DNA of 64,000 nt from NCBI GenBank assembly GCA_014192625.1, contig BJHM01000001.1, positions 187,725 through 251,724 on the forward strand, read 5' to 3'. This document shows positions 52,182 to 62,078 of the stretch, one piece after another (the first letter of the stretch is position 1; every line of letters starts with the position of its first letter). This DNA comes from Planctomycetota bacterium. Lineage in GTDB: Bacteria > Planctomycetota > UBA1135 > UBA2386. Under the pieces are notes generated by a model. The model was not told the origin of the DNA and made no database searches. It was given only the letters and a program-made list of their open reading frames with translations. A program made the translations under genes and the position numbers.

Positions 52182-53081
52182 ATGCACGCTGTCGCCCAGA
52201 GTATCGAAGAGCGCGAAGCCTTGAAGGCCCGCTTACTCAGTCTGTGGGAGCGAACTGGTGATGCGTCTTTACAGCGTCTTGCCAACGGCGAGGCGCCACG
52301 CGACGGCGCTGCGTTTGCGACCCAGCAAGAGCGAACCGACTGGGTCAACACTTGCTTGATGGAGAACTACAAAGTCACGGGCGATGCGCAGGTGTTCGCG
52401 CTGCTGTTTGAGTTGAACCATCCGGTGTTTGCGATTGCGGTCCAAGGGCACATGCGCCGCGCCTTCTGCCACGTGGATGCCAACGATGTGTTGCAGGATG
52501 TGTTCCTAAACATCTATCGCTACCCGCACCGATTCCTGTCGGACCGTGCCGATGCATTTCGCAATTGGGGCCACCGGATCGTGCGCAACACGATGCTGAA
52601 GGCGATGCGTGGTGCAGGGCGGCAAGCGCGCATCCTGAGCATGGATGATGAGATTCAATATGCCGACGCGCGCGCCCATTCGCCGGAGTTCGTCGCCATC
52701 GAGGGCGAAGCTTTAGTGTTCGTCAATCACGCATTCGTGCTCTACCTGAGCCTCTACTTGTTGCACTTTAGCCGCCTGTCGGAGAAGGAGCAGCGCGCGT
52801 TGACGATGGTGGAGATCGATGCTGCGTCCTACCGCGATGCTGCCGCCGCGCTTGGGGTTCGTGTTGAGAACCTCAAGATGGTCATCTTCCGCGGCCGCCG
52901 CAAGATCTTCCGTGGGATGGGTCGCACTCTCGCTGCGATGGGCAAGCTGGGGGAGACGGGCGGGCCCGATGCGACGGGCAGGCCCAAAGCCGTAAAGCCG
53001 GCCCTGCAAGTACGACAACGTGTGGCACGTGCGTGCCCTGTCCGAACCGCTGACGGGGTAACCAAACAACATCTGCGCTAG
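52182..53081 (+). CDS. ECF-family RNA polymerase sigma factor with N- and C-terminal extensions
   Basis: ATG 52182 is preferred (GGAGG 8 nt upstream). Region 2 is DVLQDVFLNIYRYPHRF and region 4 is LSEKEQRALTMVEIDAASYRDAAAALGVRVENLKMVIFRGRRKI. About 70 aa precede region 2 and about 55 aa follow region 4. Confidence 0.85.
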   Translation: MHAVAQSIEEREALKARLLSLWERTGDASLQRLANGEAPRDGAAFATQQERTDWVNTCLMENYKVTGDAQVFALLFELNHPVFAIAVQGHMRRAFCHVDANDVLQDVFLNIYRYPHRFLSDRADAFRNWGHRIVRNTMLKAMRGAGRQARILSMDDEIQYADARAHSPEFVAIEGEALVFVNHAFVLYLSLYLLHFSRLSEKEQRALTMVEIDAASYRDAAAALGVRVENLKMVIFRGRRKIFRGMGRTLAAMGKLGETGGPDATGRPKAVKPALQVRQRVARACPVRTADGVTKQHLR

Positions 53082-53096
53082 AGCCAAATAACAAAA

Positions 53097-54089
53097 GTGA
53101 GTGATACCGACGATAACCCGTGCCTGCAGATCCAAGTGGACCTGTCAGCCATGCTCGACGGCGAGCTAGACGCTGCGTCCATTCGGCGGGTGCTTGTGCA
53201 CAGCGATATTTGCCTGCACTGCAGTAGTTTCCTCGGCGGGATCCGTCAGCAGGCGCGGTTGCATCAGGCCGTTCACGAGGTGGGTGCGTCCAGTCCGACG
53301 AGCCGCCTGCGTCGGCAGTTGTCCGAAAACCGCAAGCAGCTCTCGCGCATCCTCTATGAGCTGGGACGCGGCTTTGTCCTGATGGGTTTGTCGTCAGATT
53401 TTTACAAGGAAGTCGGCAAGGAGCCGGTGCCGGTGCCAGATATGGCGTTGCGCGGTCGCAACTTCATCGCCGAGATCACGCGCTGGGCGCACGGCAACGG
53501 CCAGAACGTCACGGAGTGGGTGGTGGCGCAGGAGCTGTTCGATCATGGCATGCGCAGCGCCACCGAAAACCTCGCCAAGGGGCAGCGGCTTTTGGCGGAA
53601 TGTCTGGCCCTCGATGAGGCCAATCACGAGGCGCGCATCTATCTCGGGCTAGTGCACCATGTGCGCGGCCAGCGCAGCCTCGCGCGGCAGCAGTTCACAG
53701 CGGTGATCGCGTCAACCAATGACCAAGTGATGCGCGGCTTTGCGCTCCTCAATCTCGGCAACGTGCATCTCGACGAAGGCGATTGCGAAGGTGCGATCCA
53801 GTTGCTGCTACAGCTCGTTCAGTCTGGTGTCGTGGCGCAGCAGCCGCGATTCGGCATGGCGTATTTCAATCTTGCCCTGGCCTTTGGCTTGCTCGGTCAA
53901 TTTGACGACAGCCATCTCTGGTTCGGTCGACTGCATGACGAGTTGCCCCATAAGCGCAGCATCGTCGCTAGGGAGTTGACGAGGAGGCGGCAGTTCGTGC
54001 ATGTATTACGCAATCACCCCGAGATCGAAGGCCGATTTGCGGTGAGTTTCCCAGTTTGGTTTCCACTGACCGCCAAGGAGGCGGGCTAG
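53097..54089 (+). CDS. cytoplasmic anti-sigma factor (ZAS-type H-x3-C-x2-C) fused to TPR repeats
   Basis: N-terminal CLQIQVDLSAMLDGELD...VHSDICLHC motif, no TM helix, and a TPR-like C-terminal half (ARIYLGLVHHVRGQ..., FALLNLGNVHLDEGD..., MAYFNLALAFGLLGQ...). It starts 15 nt after the sigma gene. Confidence 0.75.
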   Translation: MSDTDDNPCLQIQVDLSAMLDGELDAASIRRVLVHSDICLHCSSFLGGIRQQARLHQAVHEVGASSPTSRLRRQLSENRKQLSRILYELGRGFVLMGLSSDFYKEVGKEPVPVPDMALRGRNFIAEITRWAHGNGQNVTEWVVAQELFDHGMRSATENLAKGQRLLAECLALDEANHEARIYLGLVHHVRGQRSLARQQFTAVIASTNDQVMRGFALLNLGNVHLDEGDCEGAIQLLLQLVQSGVVAQQPRFGMAYFNLALAFGLLGQFDDSHLWFGRLHDELPHKRSIVARELTRRRQFVHVLRNHPEIEGRFAVSFPVWFPLTAKEAG

Positions 54090-54090
54090 G

Positions 54091-54540
54091 ATGCTGCGGA
54101 TGGTTCGTCTTTTGATCGCGCTCCTAACAGCGCTGCTGCTCGCCCTGCCAGGATTTGGTGGCGGCGGTGGTGGCGGCGGTGATAGCACCGGCGTATGGAT
54201 TCTGCCGCGCAGTAGCCAACTCGGCACCATGCCCCCGAGTTCGGTCACCACACCGCGTGGCACGACGAATTATCCAGGCTTTTCGACTTCGATCACGCTG
54301 AAGGTCGCTGCCGAGGTGATCCGGCCTACTGCCGCGCTGATCAACCCGCTGACCAATCAGCTGATGGCGCTGCCGGTCGCTGGTGACGTCGTCACGATTC
54401 CGGCCTCGGTGCTCACCAACTTCGCCAGCCTCGGAATCACGACCGCTAGCGGCTACATCGTCGGCGCCAACGGTCGTGGCTACTACTTCCGCTTGCGCCT
54501 TGACCTTGTGCAGCGAGTCGTAGCGCTCGAGATCTTCTGA
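54091..54540 (+). CDS. small secreted protein with Gly8 tract, function unknown
   Basis: 149 aa. The signal peptide MLRMVRLLIALLTALLLALPG is followed by FGGGGGGGGD and a beta-rich remainder. The ATG is 1 nt after the anti-sigma stop. Confidence 0.6.
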   Translation: MLRMVRLLIALLTALLLALPGFGGGGGGGGDSTGVWILPRSSQLGTMPPSSVTTPRGTTNYPGFSTSITLKVAAEVIRPTAALINPLTNQLMALPVAGDVVTIPASVLTNFASLGITTASGYIVGANGRGYYFRLRLDLVQRVVALEIF

Positions 54541-54607
54541 CCGGCCGGACCCTGATCGGCCGAACGCTAGTGACCTGATAGGGCGTGTCGGAACGAGCTT
54601 TCTGCGT

Positions 54608-55414
54608 TCAGCTTGAACGCCGTAGGAGGCCGCGATGTTGTGCGGCCAACATGGCGCCTGGGTCGTTGGTGCAGATCGCATCGATGCCAAGTTGTGCGCC
54701 GCCAGACCACGCGAGTTGGGTGTCGCTCGTGTAGGTGACGAGCAGTAGTCCGGCCGCATGCACGGCGGCGACACCATCCGCAGTAACTTTTGGTGCGTGC
54801 CAGTGAATGAAGCTGGCATCGAGTTCGCGCGCTGCAGCCAGCACGTGTTCAGAGATCTGGTCTGTTGCGTCTGGGCCGAGCAGGCCAATGGCCAAGGTCG
54901 GCATCAGCTTTCGCGCGGCTCGCAAGAAATCCCAATCGAAGGATTGCAGCAGCACGCGCTCTGCGAGTCCCAATCGCTCTAGCAGCGCGGCATATAGCTT
55001 CGCATCACCGGCCTTGTGCTCGATCATCGGCATCGACTGCGGCAGCATTACAGCGAGTGCCTGCTCCAATTCGGGCACCCTTGCGCCCTGGCAGGAAGCG
55101 TTCTTCCAACTGCCGGCATCGAGATCGCGCAGCTGGGATGCGTCGCACTGTGCGATCAATGCGCCTTGGCCGAGTGTCCGCGCCGCATTGGTCGTGCGAT
55201 CAAGGTTCTCATCGTGCAGGCAGAACAGCACACCATCGCGGCTTGCCTGAACATCAAACTCCTGAACGTGGACGCCAAGTTTGACCGCGGCTGCAAACGC
55301 GGGCAGCGTGTTTTCGGGATGGTGGCGGCTGTCACCACGATGCGCGACGACGATCGGGCCTTCGGCAGAAAGCGCGCGGAGCCGGATGGCGAGTGGGTGG
55401 CAAGCTGCGTGCAT
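54608..55414 (-). CDS. glycerophosphodiester phosphodiesterase
   Basis: 268 aa. VVAHRGDSRHHPENTLPAF, EFDVQASRDGVLFCLHD and the overall GDPD layout. Confidence 0.85.
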   Translation of the reverse strand: MHAACHPLAIRLRALSAEGPIVVAHRGDSRHHPENTLPAFAAAVKLGVHVQEFDVQASRDGVLFCLHDENLDRTTNAARTLGQGALIAQCDASQLRDLDAGSWKNASCQGARVPELEQALAVMLPQSMPMIEHKAGDAKLYAALLERLGLAERVLLQSFDWDFLRAARKLMPTLAIGLLGPDATDQISEHVLAAARELDASFIHWHAPKVTADGVAAVHAAGLLLVTYTSDTQLAWSGGAQLGIDAICTNDPGAMLAAQHRGLLRRSS

Positions 55415-55619
55415 GCGAAGTTCTGTTGGTTATCGGCGCATTGCAGAAAGCACCTGCTTTTGCGAATGAGAAAAAACGAAGCACAGCAAGGTGCCACTAA
55501 GGATGTCCAGCGCTATGGCGCGCAGCCACAAAATGCGAACGGGCATTGTGCAAGTAATGGCTAAGCAGGGTGCCTGAGTGCCGTGTTGCTCTCGGACGAG
55601 GGAAGAAACGAACCACCAG

Positions 55620-56108
55620 TCACTGCCGATGGCGTTGTACGTGTTGGTCGATCAGCACCGGGTTCCCGTCGGGGTCCTGTAGCGAAAGGCTTGCAGGGCC
55701 AGACGTAGATTCGTCGGCTGCCGACATCAGGGCGAGGCCGCGACTCTTCAGAGTCCGCTGAATGTCGCGCACGTCGTCAAATTCCGGCAAGGTATTGCAG
55801 GCTCGGTCCCAACCAGGATTAAACGTCAGGCAGTTCTTGTCGAACATCCCCTGGAAGAGCCCGATGGTGCTGGTCTCGTTTTGCAGGATCAGCCAGTTGT
55901 TTGCGGCGTTACCAGCGATCGCCCGAAAGCCGAGCTTCTCGTAGAACGCACGCGAAACCGAGAGGTCTTTGACGGCGAGACTCACCGAGAAGTTGCCGAG
56001 CCGCATGCGTGTCTTTCCCGCAGCAAGTTCGTTGGTGGAATCCGTGGCTTGCGTGGTTGCACATCCGCTGACAAGGCACATGACTACGCTGAGGAGGAAT
56101 CGTTTCAT
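55620..56108 (-). CDS. VOC/glyoxalase-family lipoprotein
   Basis: Trimmed to ATG 56108 (MKRFLLSVVMCLVSGC lipobox). The VOC-like block is FSVSLAVKDLSVSRAFYEKLGF...DPDGNPVLIDQH. Confidence 0.7.
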   Translation of the reverse strand: MKRFLLSVVMCLVSGCATTQATDSTNELAAGKTRMRLGNFSVSLAVKDLSVSRAFYEKLGFRAIAGNAANNWLILQNETSTIGLFQGMFDKNCLTFNPGWDRACNTLPEFDDVRDIQRTLKSRGLALMSAADESTSGPASLSLQDPDGNPVLIDQHVQRHRQ

Positions 56109-56807
56109 TGGCAGCTGTGAGTCTGGCAGATTGCAGCGACAATTCATTGCTCGATCCGTCACGCTCGCCATCGACTGCGTGCGCCTGTGCTCGTTCCGTT
56201 GCATGCACGCGTCGACGGATTTGCAAAGATCGCCAACCTTCTTACCGGGGCTTAATCAACAGCGAGACGCGTTCCCGGCGGATCTCAGATGGCCGAGAAG
56301 TGCTGCAGGTGCCTGCGAAATAGCGCAGCTAATTCGTTGGCGTGATTTATCTGCCGGTGAAGCTTGGGCGGGCTCTGTTAGGCAGAGGTATTCTTCGAAA
56401 GCCCGATCCATCGGTCGCAATTGCTGGCAACCTTAGACCACGGCTTGACGTCGAGGCGCGGCCTGCGACTGGCCAAGCAGCCAACAGCCTACACGCTTAC
56501 CTGTATCAGCTTTCGGTCACAGGCATAATGTAATTGATGCTGTTACGCATGGTTTACAGGTGCGTTGCTAAAGCAGCTTCGTTCTTCTAATCGTGGCCTT
56601 TGCCTTCTGGGTGTTGTTGGCCGTCGTGACGTTCATCCGTCCGTTTGCCTGCAATGATTTCGGCTGCGCGGTTGCCGTGGCAGGCATAGAAAATATGGGG
56701 TCAGGCAAGTGCGTTGACATGCTGGCATGTAGCGGGGATGGTGTTGGAGTCGGTCCCGGTTGGTCTGGGACGCTGCTAAAACCCCAATAGCCCACATCAG
56801 TTTCGCA

Positions 56808-58415
56808 ATGTTGCCAACCATGCGCACGCCGAGCAAAGGTTGCCTGCTCGTCATCGTCGCCATTTTCGTGTACGCATTGCTGTCCAATGCGTGGGTCGTT
56901 GATGACGCGTATATTACCTTCAGGTCAGTGTCTAACTGGCACGACGGTTTTGGGCTCAGATGGAACGTCGGCGAGCGCGTCCAGGTTTATACGCATCCTT
57001 TGTGGATGCTAATTATCAGCCTAGGATACCTGCTAACCAATGAGTTCTTCTACACGGCAATTGCGATCTCTGGTCTTCTATGCGTGGCCACAATCTGGCT
57101 GATGCTGCGGTTATTATCTTCCGAAGACAAATGGAAGTTTATCCCATTTGTTCTCCTGTTATTGGGGTCGAAGGCCTTCATGGATTTTACCTCCTCCGGC
57201 CTAGAGAATCCGCTCTCCTATTTTTTCGTCGTGCTATTTTATGGGCCTTTTCTGCTCAGCAGCATGCCAGCTCCGATCGATAGCCGGAGCCTGCGGCATT
57301 ACGTGACCTACTTCGGCCTCATCGCGTCGTTAGCATTCGTCAACCGCATCGATACGGTGCTGCTGTTTGCGCCGGCTTTGAGCTACATCGTCTTTAAATC
57401 CGTGCGGCTACTCAAATGGCGCCTGACAGGCCCCATTTTGATCGGGGCTGCTCCCGCGTTGGCCTGGCTGCTTTTTTCGTTGGTGTATTACGGCTTCCCG
57501 TTCCCTAATACCTACTACGCGAAGAGTGCTTACATTGGGATTGCGGCCGCGGACTTCTTGAGGCAAGGATTTGCCTACTATATCAATAGCCTTGCTTGGG
57601 ACCCCCCAACGTTGGGCGCTATTGCCATACTATTGGTGTTAGCCATTCGCGAAGGCAACGCCAAAATCCGGTGCGGGGCGGCGGGACTTGTGCTGTATCT
57701 GCTTTACGTTCTCAGGGTCGGCGCGAGCGGGACACATATGAGTGGCAGGTTTTTTTCTGTGCCCTATCTCTTGGCGATCGTGCTGCTAATGGCCTTGCCG
57801 ATTTCGCGCCGGGCAGGCACCGCGATATCGGCTCTTGCAATCGCGCTCATTTTCTTTTGTCCGATGTCCCCGATGAAGGCGAACACGGGTGACTACCATT
57901 CCGGTGGAGAGGGGACTGGATCGGGCCGCAATGGGATTTTAGACACAAGGTTTTTGGTGCAGAGGCACGACGGCTCCTCGCTATTCAATTTCGAGCGTAT
58001 GAAAGAGATGCCCAACATGCGCTGGCATGACGAGGGGCGCTTGTTTCATGAATCACCTGAGCAAGTCAAAGTAGGCGGCAGCAACGCGGCGGTAGGATTT
58101 TTTGGATTCGCAGCGGGCCCGAACAAGACCATCATCGACACATTTGGTCTGACGGATGCGCTGTTAGCTCGTTTGCCCACCCGGTCGGTGAATTGGTATG
58201 GCGGGCATTTTGAGCGCAAAATTCCTGATGGGTATGAGGAATCCGTTCGAAGTAATAAAAACCTCATCGTCGACCCGGATTTGCGAGCTTACTACGGGAA
58301 GCTTTTGCTCGTAACTCAGGAGTCGATATTTAGCTCTGCCCGATTCCGCGCCATCTGGGAACTTAACAGCGGGTCCGCGGATTCACTATTGCGCGCTTAC
58401 GCAGAGCGTCACTGA
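56808..58415 (+). CDS. GT-C-fold integral membrane glycosyltransferase (family uncertain)
   Basis: Trimmed to ATG 56808. More than 10 predicted TM helices, an acidic first-loop motif VVDDAYITFR right after TM1, and a C-terminal soluble domain. GC is about 48-52% by hand count. Confidence 0.7.
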   Translation: MLPTMRTPSKGCLLVIVAIFVYALLSNAWVVDDAYITFRSVSNWHDGFGLRWNVGERVQVYTHPLWMLIISLGYLLTNEFFYTAIAISGLLCVATIWLMLRLLSSEDKWKFIPFVLLLLGSKAFMDFTSSGLENPLSYFFVVLFYGPFLLSSMPAPIDSRSLRHYVTYFGLIASLAFVNRIDTVLLFAPALSYIVFKSVRLLKWRLTGPILIGAAPALAWLLFSLVYYGFPFPNTYYAKSAYIGIAAADFLRQGFAYYINSLAWDPPTLGAIAILLVLAIREGNAKIRCGAAGLVLYLLYVLRVGASGTHMSGRFFSVPYLLAIVLLMALPISRRAGTAISALAIALIFFCPMSPMKANTGDYHSGGEGTGSGRNGILDTRFLVQRHDGSSLFNFERMKEMPNMRWHDEGRLFHESPEQVKVGGSNAAVGFFGFAAGPNKTIIDTFGLTDALLARLPTRSVNWYGGHFERKIPDGYEESVRSNKNLIVDPDLRAYYGKLLLVTQESIFSSARFRAIWELNSGSADSLLRAYAERH

Positions 58416-58668
58416 CGATCTCGGCGGTCTCTTTCTTGCCAGCTTTCAAACCCTCGCCGTGACCATCTAGATCAGGATGATATCGCTAACCGCTGTTAGC
58501 GATGTCATCCAGTCCCGCTGCGCGGTTGGCGAGGGCTGCCGCTGGCTAGCCTGCACAGAGTCAGCGATGGCAGCGGCCGCGCAGTTGGCTTGCCGCTTTG
58601 GGGTCATTCTCGAAGCGGATCCGCGCGCATGGAAACTGCGCGGCACATCCGGCTGAGCCAAGGAACGG

Positions 58669-59394
58669 CTATTTCTTCTCAGGCATGAATTGTTGCAGTT
58701 TCTGCATCGGATCAACCTGCACTTTTTCGCCTTTTGCATCCTTCTTCGCCACGATTTGCAGCGTCGCTGTCCAGATGCCAGCCGTCTTTGTCGGCAGCAT
58801 AGGCGCATTGGGGTTTGCCAGCTTCGGCTCTGCTAGCGCTATCAGCAGCAGTGGGTGCGGTGGCGCTTCCGTAGGCAGGCCGATCGGCGGCTTGCCGTCA
58901 TTTGGATTGCTGACCACCACGGTGCCATTGGTAAACGTTGTGTTGCTCGCCTGCCGGAGCCGCGGCATCACGGCACCGAGGTCGGCGATTGCTGTTCGCG
59001 AGGCAATCACTATCCAGTCGGTGACAGCCAAGCTCGGCTGCGCCGCAAAAGACCTGAGCACGTCATTTTGCTTGCCGGGCAACGTGGTAGTTCCGGCGGG
59101 CAGCGGATTTTGCAGGTCGGTATGCAGCATCGGGGATGGCCACCAAGCGATCGTGCCCGTTTGCAGGTCGTGCGACAGCACATACACAAACAGCGGTTCG
59201 CTGGTGCGCACCGACAGTCGCAGCGGCTCGTCGACGCCTACTTCCTGATATGTGCCAGCAGCCTGTGCGGTAGCGCTATCGCCCAACTGCCATGTGAGCA
59301 CTGGGCCACTGGCGCCAGTGTTTGCCACCAGCGAATACGCCAATCCAGCAGCAATGAGAACCAACAAGAGCCACACCGTTCGACGCAAACTCAT
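58669..59394 (-). CDS. membrane-anchored/secreted protein of unknown function (DUF4384-like pattern)
   Basis: 241 aa with the N-terminal anchor VWLLLVLIAAGLAY. The segment LRLSVRTSEPLFVYVLSHDLQTGTIAWWP resembles DUF4384-type domains. Confidence 0.5.
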   Translation of the reverse strand: MSLRRTVWLLLVLIAAGLAYSLVANTGASGPVLTWQLGDSATAQAAGTYQEVGVDEPLRLSVRTSEPLFVYVLSHDLQTGTIAWWPSPMLHTDLQNPLPAGTTTLPGKQNDVLRSFAAQPSLAVTDWIVIASRTAIADLGAVMPRLRQASNTTFTNGTVVVSNPNDGKPPIGLPTEAPPHPLLLIALAEPKLANPNAPMLPTKTAGIWTATLQIVAKKDAKGEKVQVDPMQKLQQFMPEKK

Positions 59395-59500
59395 GCGCTA
59401 CAACTTAGCCCCGAAGTTGGATTACTTCACGCGCTTGTCTTTCTGCATGCTTGTTCCGGAAACCAAAGACGCGTAGATGATCAGTTGCCTAGGAGGCCCC

Positions 59501-60766
59501 ATGAGACGCTTATTGATGCTGGCGTTCTATTTTGCATCCGTGCTGGTTGCTCAAGACGGCAAGGCTCGTGCGCCTTTTGGCAAGGGAGCTCGCACGGGAA
59601 CCAATCTCAACGACACGGTTCGTTTCACCAAGGATACGATCAAGGATGCCGCACCGCTGGACACCGATGCCGCGAGTGCCGCTGGCATCAAAGCTATCCT
59701 GAATCTGCAAGAGGGTGAGGGCCATGATCAGTGGCCCTATGAAGGCGTTTATCGTGAGGACAACGGTGTCCTGCCGATCGGCTATCGGGTTGGGGGCACG
59801 GCCATTGTCGGGCTCGCACTGATCGCAGTGCCGGGTTATTCAAAGGATGAGGCACGGCAGGCGGCGCTTTTGCGTGGACTCGCCTTCATCCTGAAGTCGC
59901 TTGACGTGCCGCGCATGCAAAACTCGTTTGAGGGCACGTATGATGTGCGTGGCTGGGGCCACATTTTTGCGCTGCATTTGTTCCTGGAACTCGCCGCTCA
60001 CAACCTCATTCCGGCAGTGCACGCTGCTGCCGTTGCGGACCAGACCAAGTTGCTGGTGAAGACCCTTTGTGAATCGGCGATCCCGGATTCGGGCGGCTGG
60101 AACTATTCGCGGACGGCGGGCTACATGAATCCCAAGAATCGCGCCTCCACATTCATGACGGCGCCGGCGTTACAGGTTTTGTTCCTCGCCAAAGCGCGTG
60201 GCTATGAAGTATCTGACCAAGTGATCGACCAGGCGCTCGCGTCGCTGGAGCGGGCGCGCAGCGACGGCGGTGGTTACGGCTACGGCGCTTCAATGCAGAG
60301 CCAGAATGCGGTGCCCGAAGAGAAGCTCGCATTCATGGACAAGGTGCCGAGCAGTGCTTCGCGAGCTACTGCCTGCGAGGTGACACTGATGCTCGGCGGT
60401 CGTGGCGATCAAGACCGTTTGCATCGCTCTGTGCTGCGTTTTTTCGAGAACTGGGACGAACTCGCGGTGCGCAAGAGTCAGCTTGGCACCCACATTCAGC
60501 CGTACGGCATAGCGCCGTATTACTTCATGTATGGCCATCTCTATGCTGCGCAAGCAATCGAGATGCTCGATGACGCGGCGGAGCAGGCCTTACTGCGGAC
60601 AAAGCTGCGCGCCTATCTTGCCCGATCCCGTGATCAAGATGGCGCATGGAATGATCGTCAGTTTGATCGGTCTGCCGGTTACGGCACGGCAATGGCACTG
60701 CTGTGTTTGCAGATGCCGCATTTGCAGAAGCCTGCTGCTCGGCCCGCAGCCACTAAGAAGGAATAA
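59501..60766 (+). CDS. secreted (alpha/alpha)-toroid protein (prenyltransferase/squalene-oxidase-repeat-like), paralogous to the C-terminal part of 12719..14848
   Basis: ATG 59501 with AGGAGG 5 nt upstream. Signal peptide MRRLLMLAFYFASVLVAQDG. Motifs GGWNYSR, DGGGYGYG, DQDGAWND and the C-terminal GYGTAMALLCL (compare SYGTAMALLTL in 12719..14848). Confidence 0.65.
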   Translation: MRRLLMLAFYFASVLVAQDGKARAPFGKGARTGTNLNDTVRFTKDTIKDAAPLDTDAASAAGIKAILNLQEGEGHDQWPYEGVYREDNGVLPIGYRVGGTAIVGLALIAVPGYSKDEARQAALLRGLAFILKSLDVPRMQNSFEGTYDVRGWGHIFALHLFLELAAHNLIPAVHAAAVADQTKLLVKTLCESAIPDSGGWNYSRTAGYMNPKNRASTFMTAPALQVLFLAKARGYEVSDQVIDQALASLERARSDGGGYGYGASMQSQNAVPEEKLAFMDKVPSSASRATACEVTLMLGGRGDQDRLHRSVLRFFENWDELAVRKSQLGTHIQPYGIAPYYFMYGHLYAAQAIEMLDDAAEQALLRTKLRAYLARSRDQDGAWNDRQFDRSAGYGTAMALLCLQMPHLQKPAARPAATKKE

Positions 60767-60787
60767 GTTTGTTAGTGAGGAGCCACC

Positions 60788-61852
60788 ATGAGAAGTGCTG
60801 GGTCTTTGATCGCGAATGGCCTCTGCTGGGTTCTGATCGCCACGCATGGTTCTGCCCAGGCATCTGACGAGAAAGCCGTAAAGGTTTTCCTGCTTGCTGG
60901 CCAATCCAACATGGAAGGAAAGGCCCCTACCGCGCTGCTCAACCTGCAGGCGTTAGCGCCGGCGACCAAGGACCAGTTCGCGCACTTGCGAACGGGCGAC
61001 GCCTTTGAAGTTCGTCAGGATGTGTTTATCAAGTATCTAACGCGGCATGGCCCACTTTCGGTCGGCTATGGCTCCCCTGATCGGACCGGGGTGGAATTTG
61101 AGTTTGGTCACATGCTGGGGGAGCATTTCTCCGAGCCAGTATTGCTCATCAAGGCTGCGTGGGGCGGTCATTCTCTGTGCAAAGATTTTCGTCCGCCATC
61201 GGCTGGCTTGCCTAATGCGGAGGTGCTTGCCGCCGAGTTGGCGAAGGCGCAAAAGCAAGTGCAAGCCGACAACGATAAGAACCATAGAAATGTTCCGTTG
61301 CCGACCTATGACGATATCCGCAATCAGTATGGAGCCTCCTACCGCAATATGCTTAGTGAAGTTGTCGAGACCCGTAATAACCTTGGCACATTGTTTCCCG
61401 AGCTCAAAGGCTGCAAGTTTGAGCTCGCTGGCTTCGTCTGGTTTCAGGGCTGGAACGATCAATATGGCGGGCAAGACGAATACGAGTCCAACCTGAAGAA
61501 TCTTATCCACGACCTGCGCCGCGATGTATCGGCGGCGCACTTGCCCATTGTGATTGCCGCGATGGGGCAGAATGGCTCAAAGCCAGCAGGCGGTGCTTTG
61601 AAGATGGTTCAGGCGGCTCAGATGGCGATGAATGACGTGCCGGAGTTTGGCGGCAATGTGCGGTCGATCCGCACCGATAATCTGGTCGATCGCGCGGCAG
61701 AGGATTTATATCCGCACTGGAAGGAGCGCGAAAAGGAATGGCAGGTGACCGGCGGTGATCACCCATACCATTACTTTGGCAGCCCAATCTGGTTTACCCG
61801 CATTGGTCACGCGATGGGCGAGGCGATGCTTCTTTTGTTGCCGGCTAAGTAA
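60788..61852 (+). CDS. sialate O-acetylesterase-like (SASA/DUF303) carbohydrate esterase, secreted
   Basis: 354 aa with a signal peptide. VFLLAGQSNMEGKA and FVWFQGWND blocks. It starts 21 nt after the upstream gene. Confidence 0.75.
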   Translation: MRSAGSLIANGLCWVLIATHGSAQASDEKAVKVFLLAGQSNMEGKAPTALLNLQALAPATKDQFAHLRTGDAFEVRQDVFIKYLTRHGPLSVGYGSPDRTGVEFEFGHMLGEHFSEPVLLIKAAWGGHSLCKDFRPPSAGLPNAEVLAAELAKAQKQVQADNDKNHRNVPLPTYDDIRNQYGASYRNMLSEVVETRNNLGTLFPELKGCKFELAGFVWFQGWNDQYGGQDEYESNLKNLIHDLRRDVSAAHLPIVIAAMGQNGSKPAGGALKMVQAAQMAMNDVPEFGGNVRSIRTDNLVDRAAEDLYPHWKEREKEWQVTGGDHPYHYFGSPIWFTRIGHAMGEAMLLLLPAK

Positions 61853-62078
61853 CAGAGTCGGGCACTCGGGCTGACCAGGTGAAGTAGCGGCGATTCGCGT
61901 GGCGGCAAGCTTTTTTGGCCTGCGGAATCGCCCTTCTGAGTCGGCGAATCTGATTGCGTGAGCGCATTGCTAGAAACGCGCACTTGCTGGTCTTTTGGGG
62001 ATTTTGACGAAGGATTTTTCAATCCGTGCGGGTTTCATGCAGGCAGGCGGCATGTCTTATTTTTGCCGTTGCTAGATT

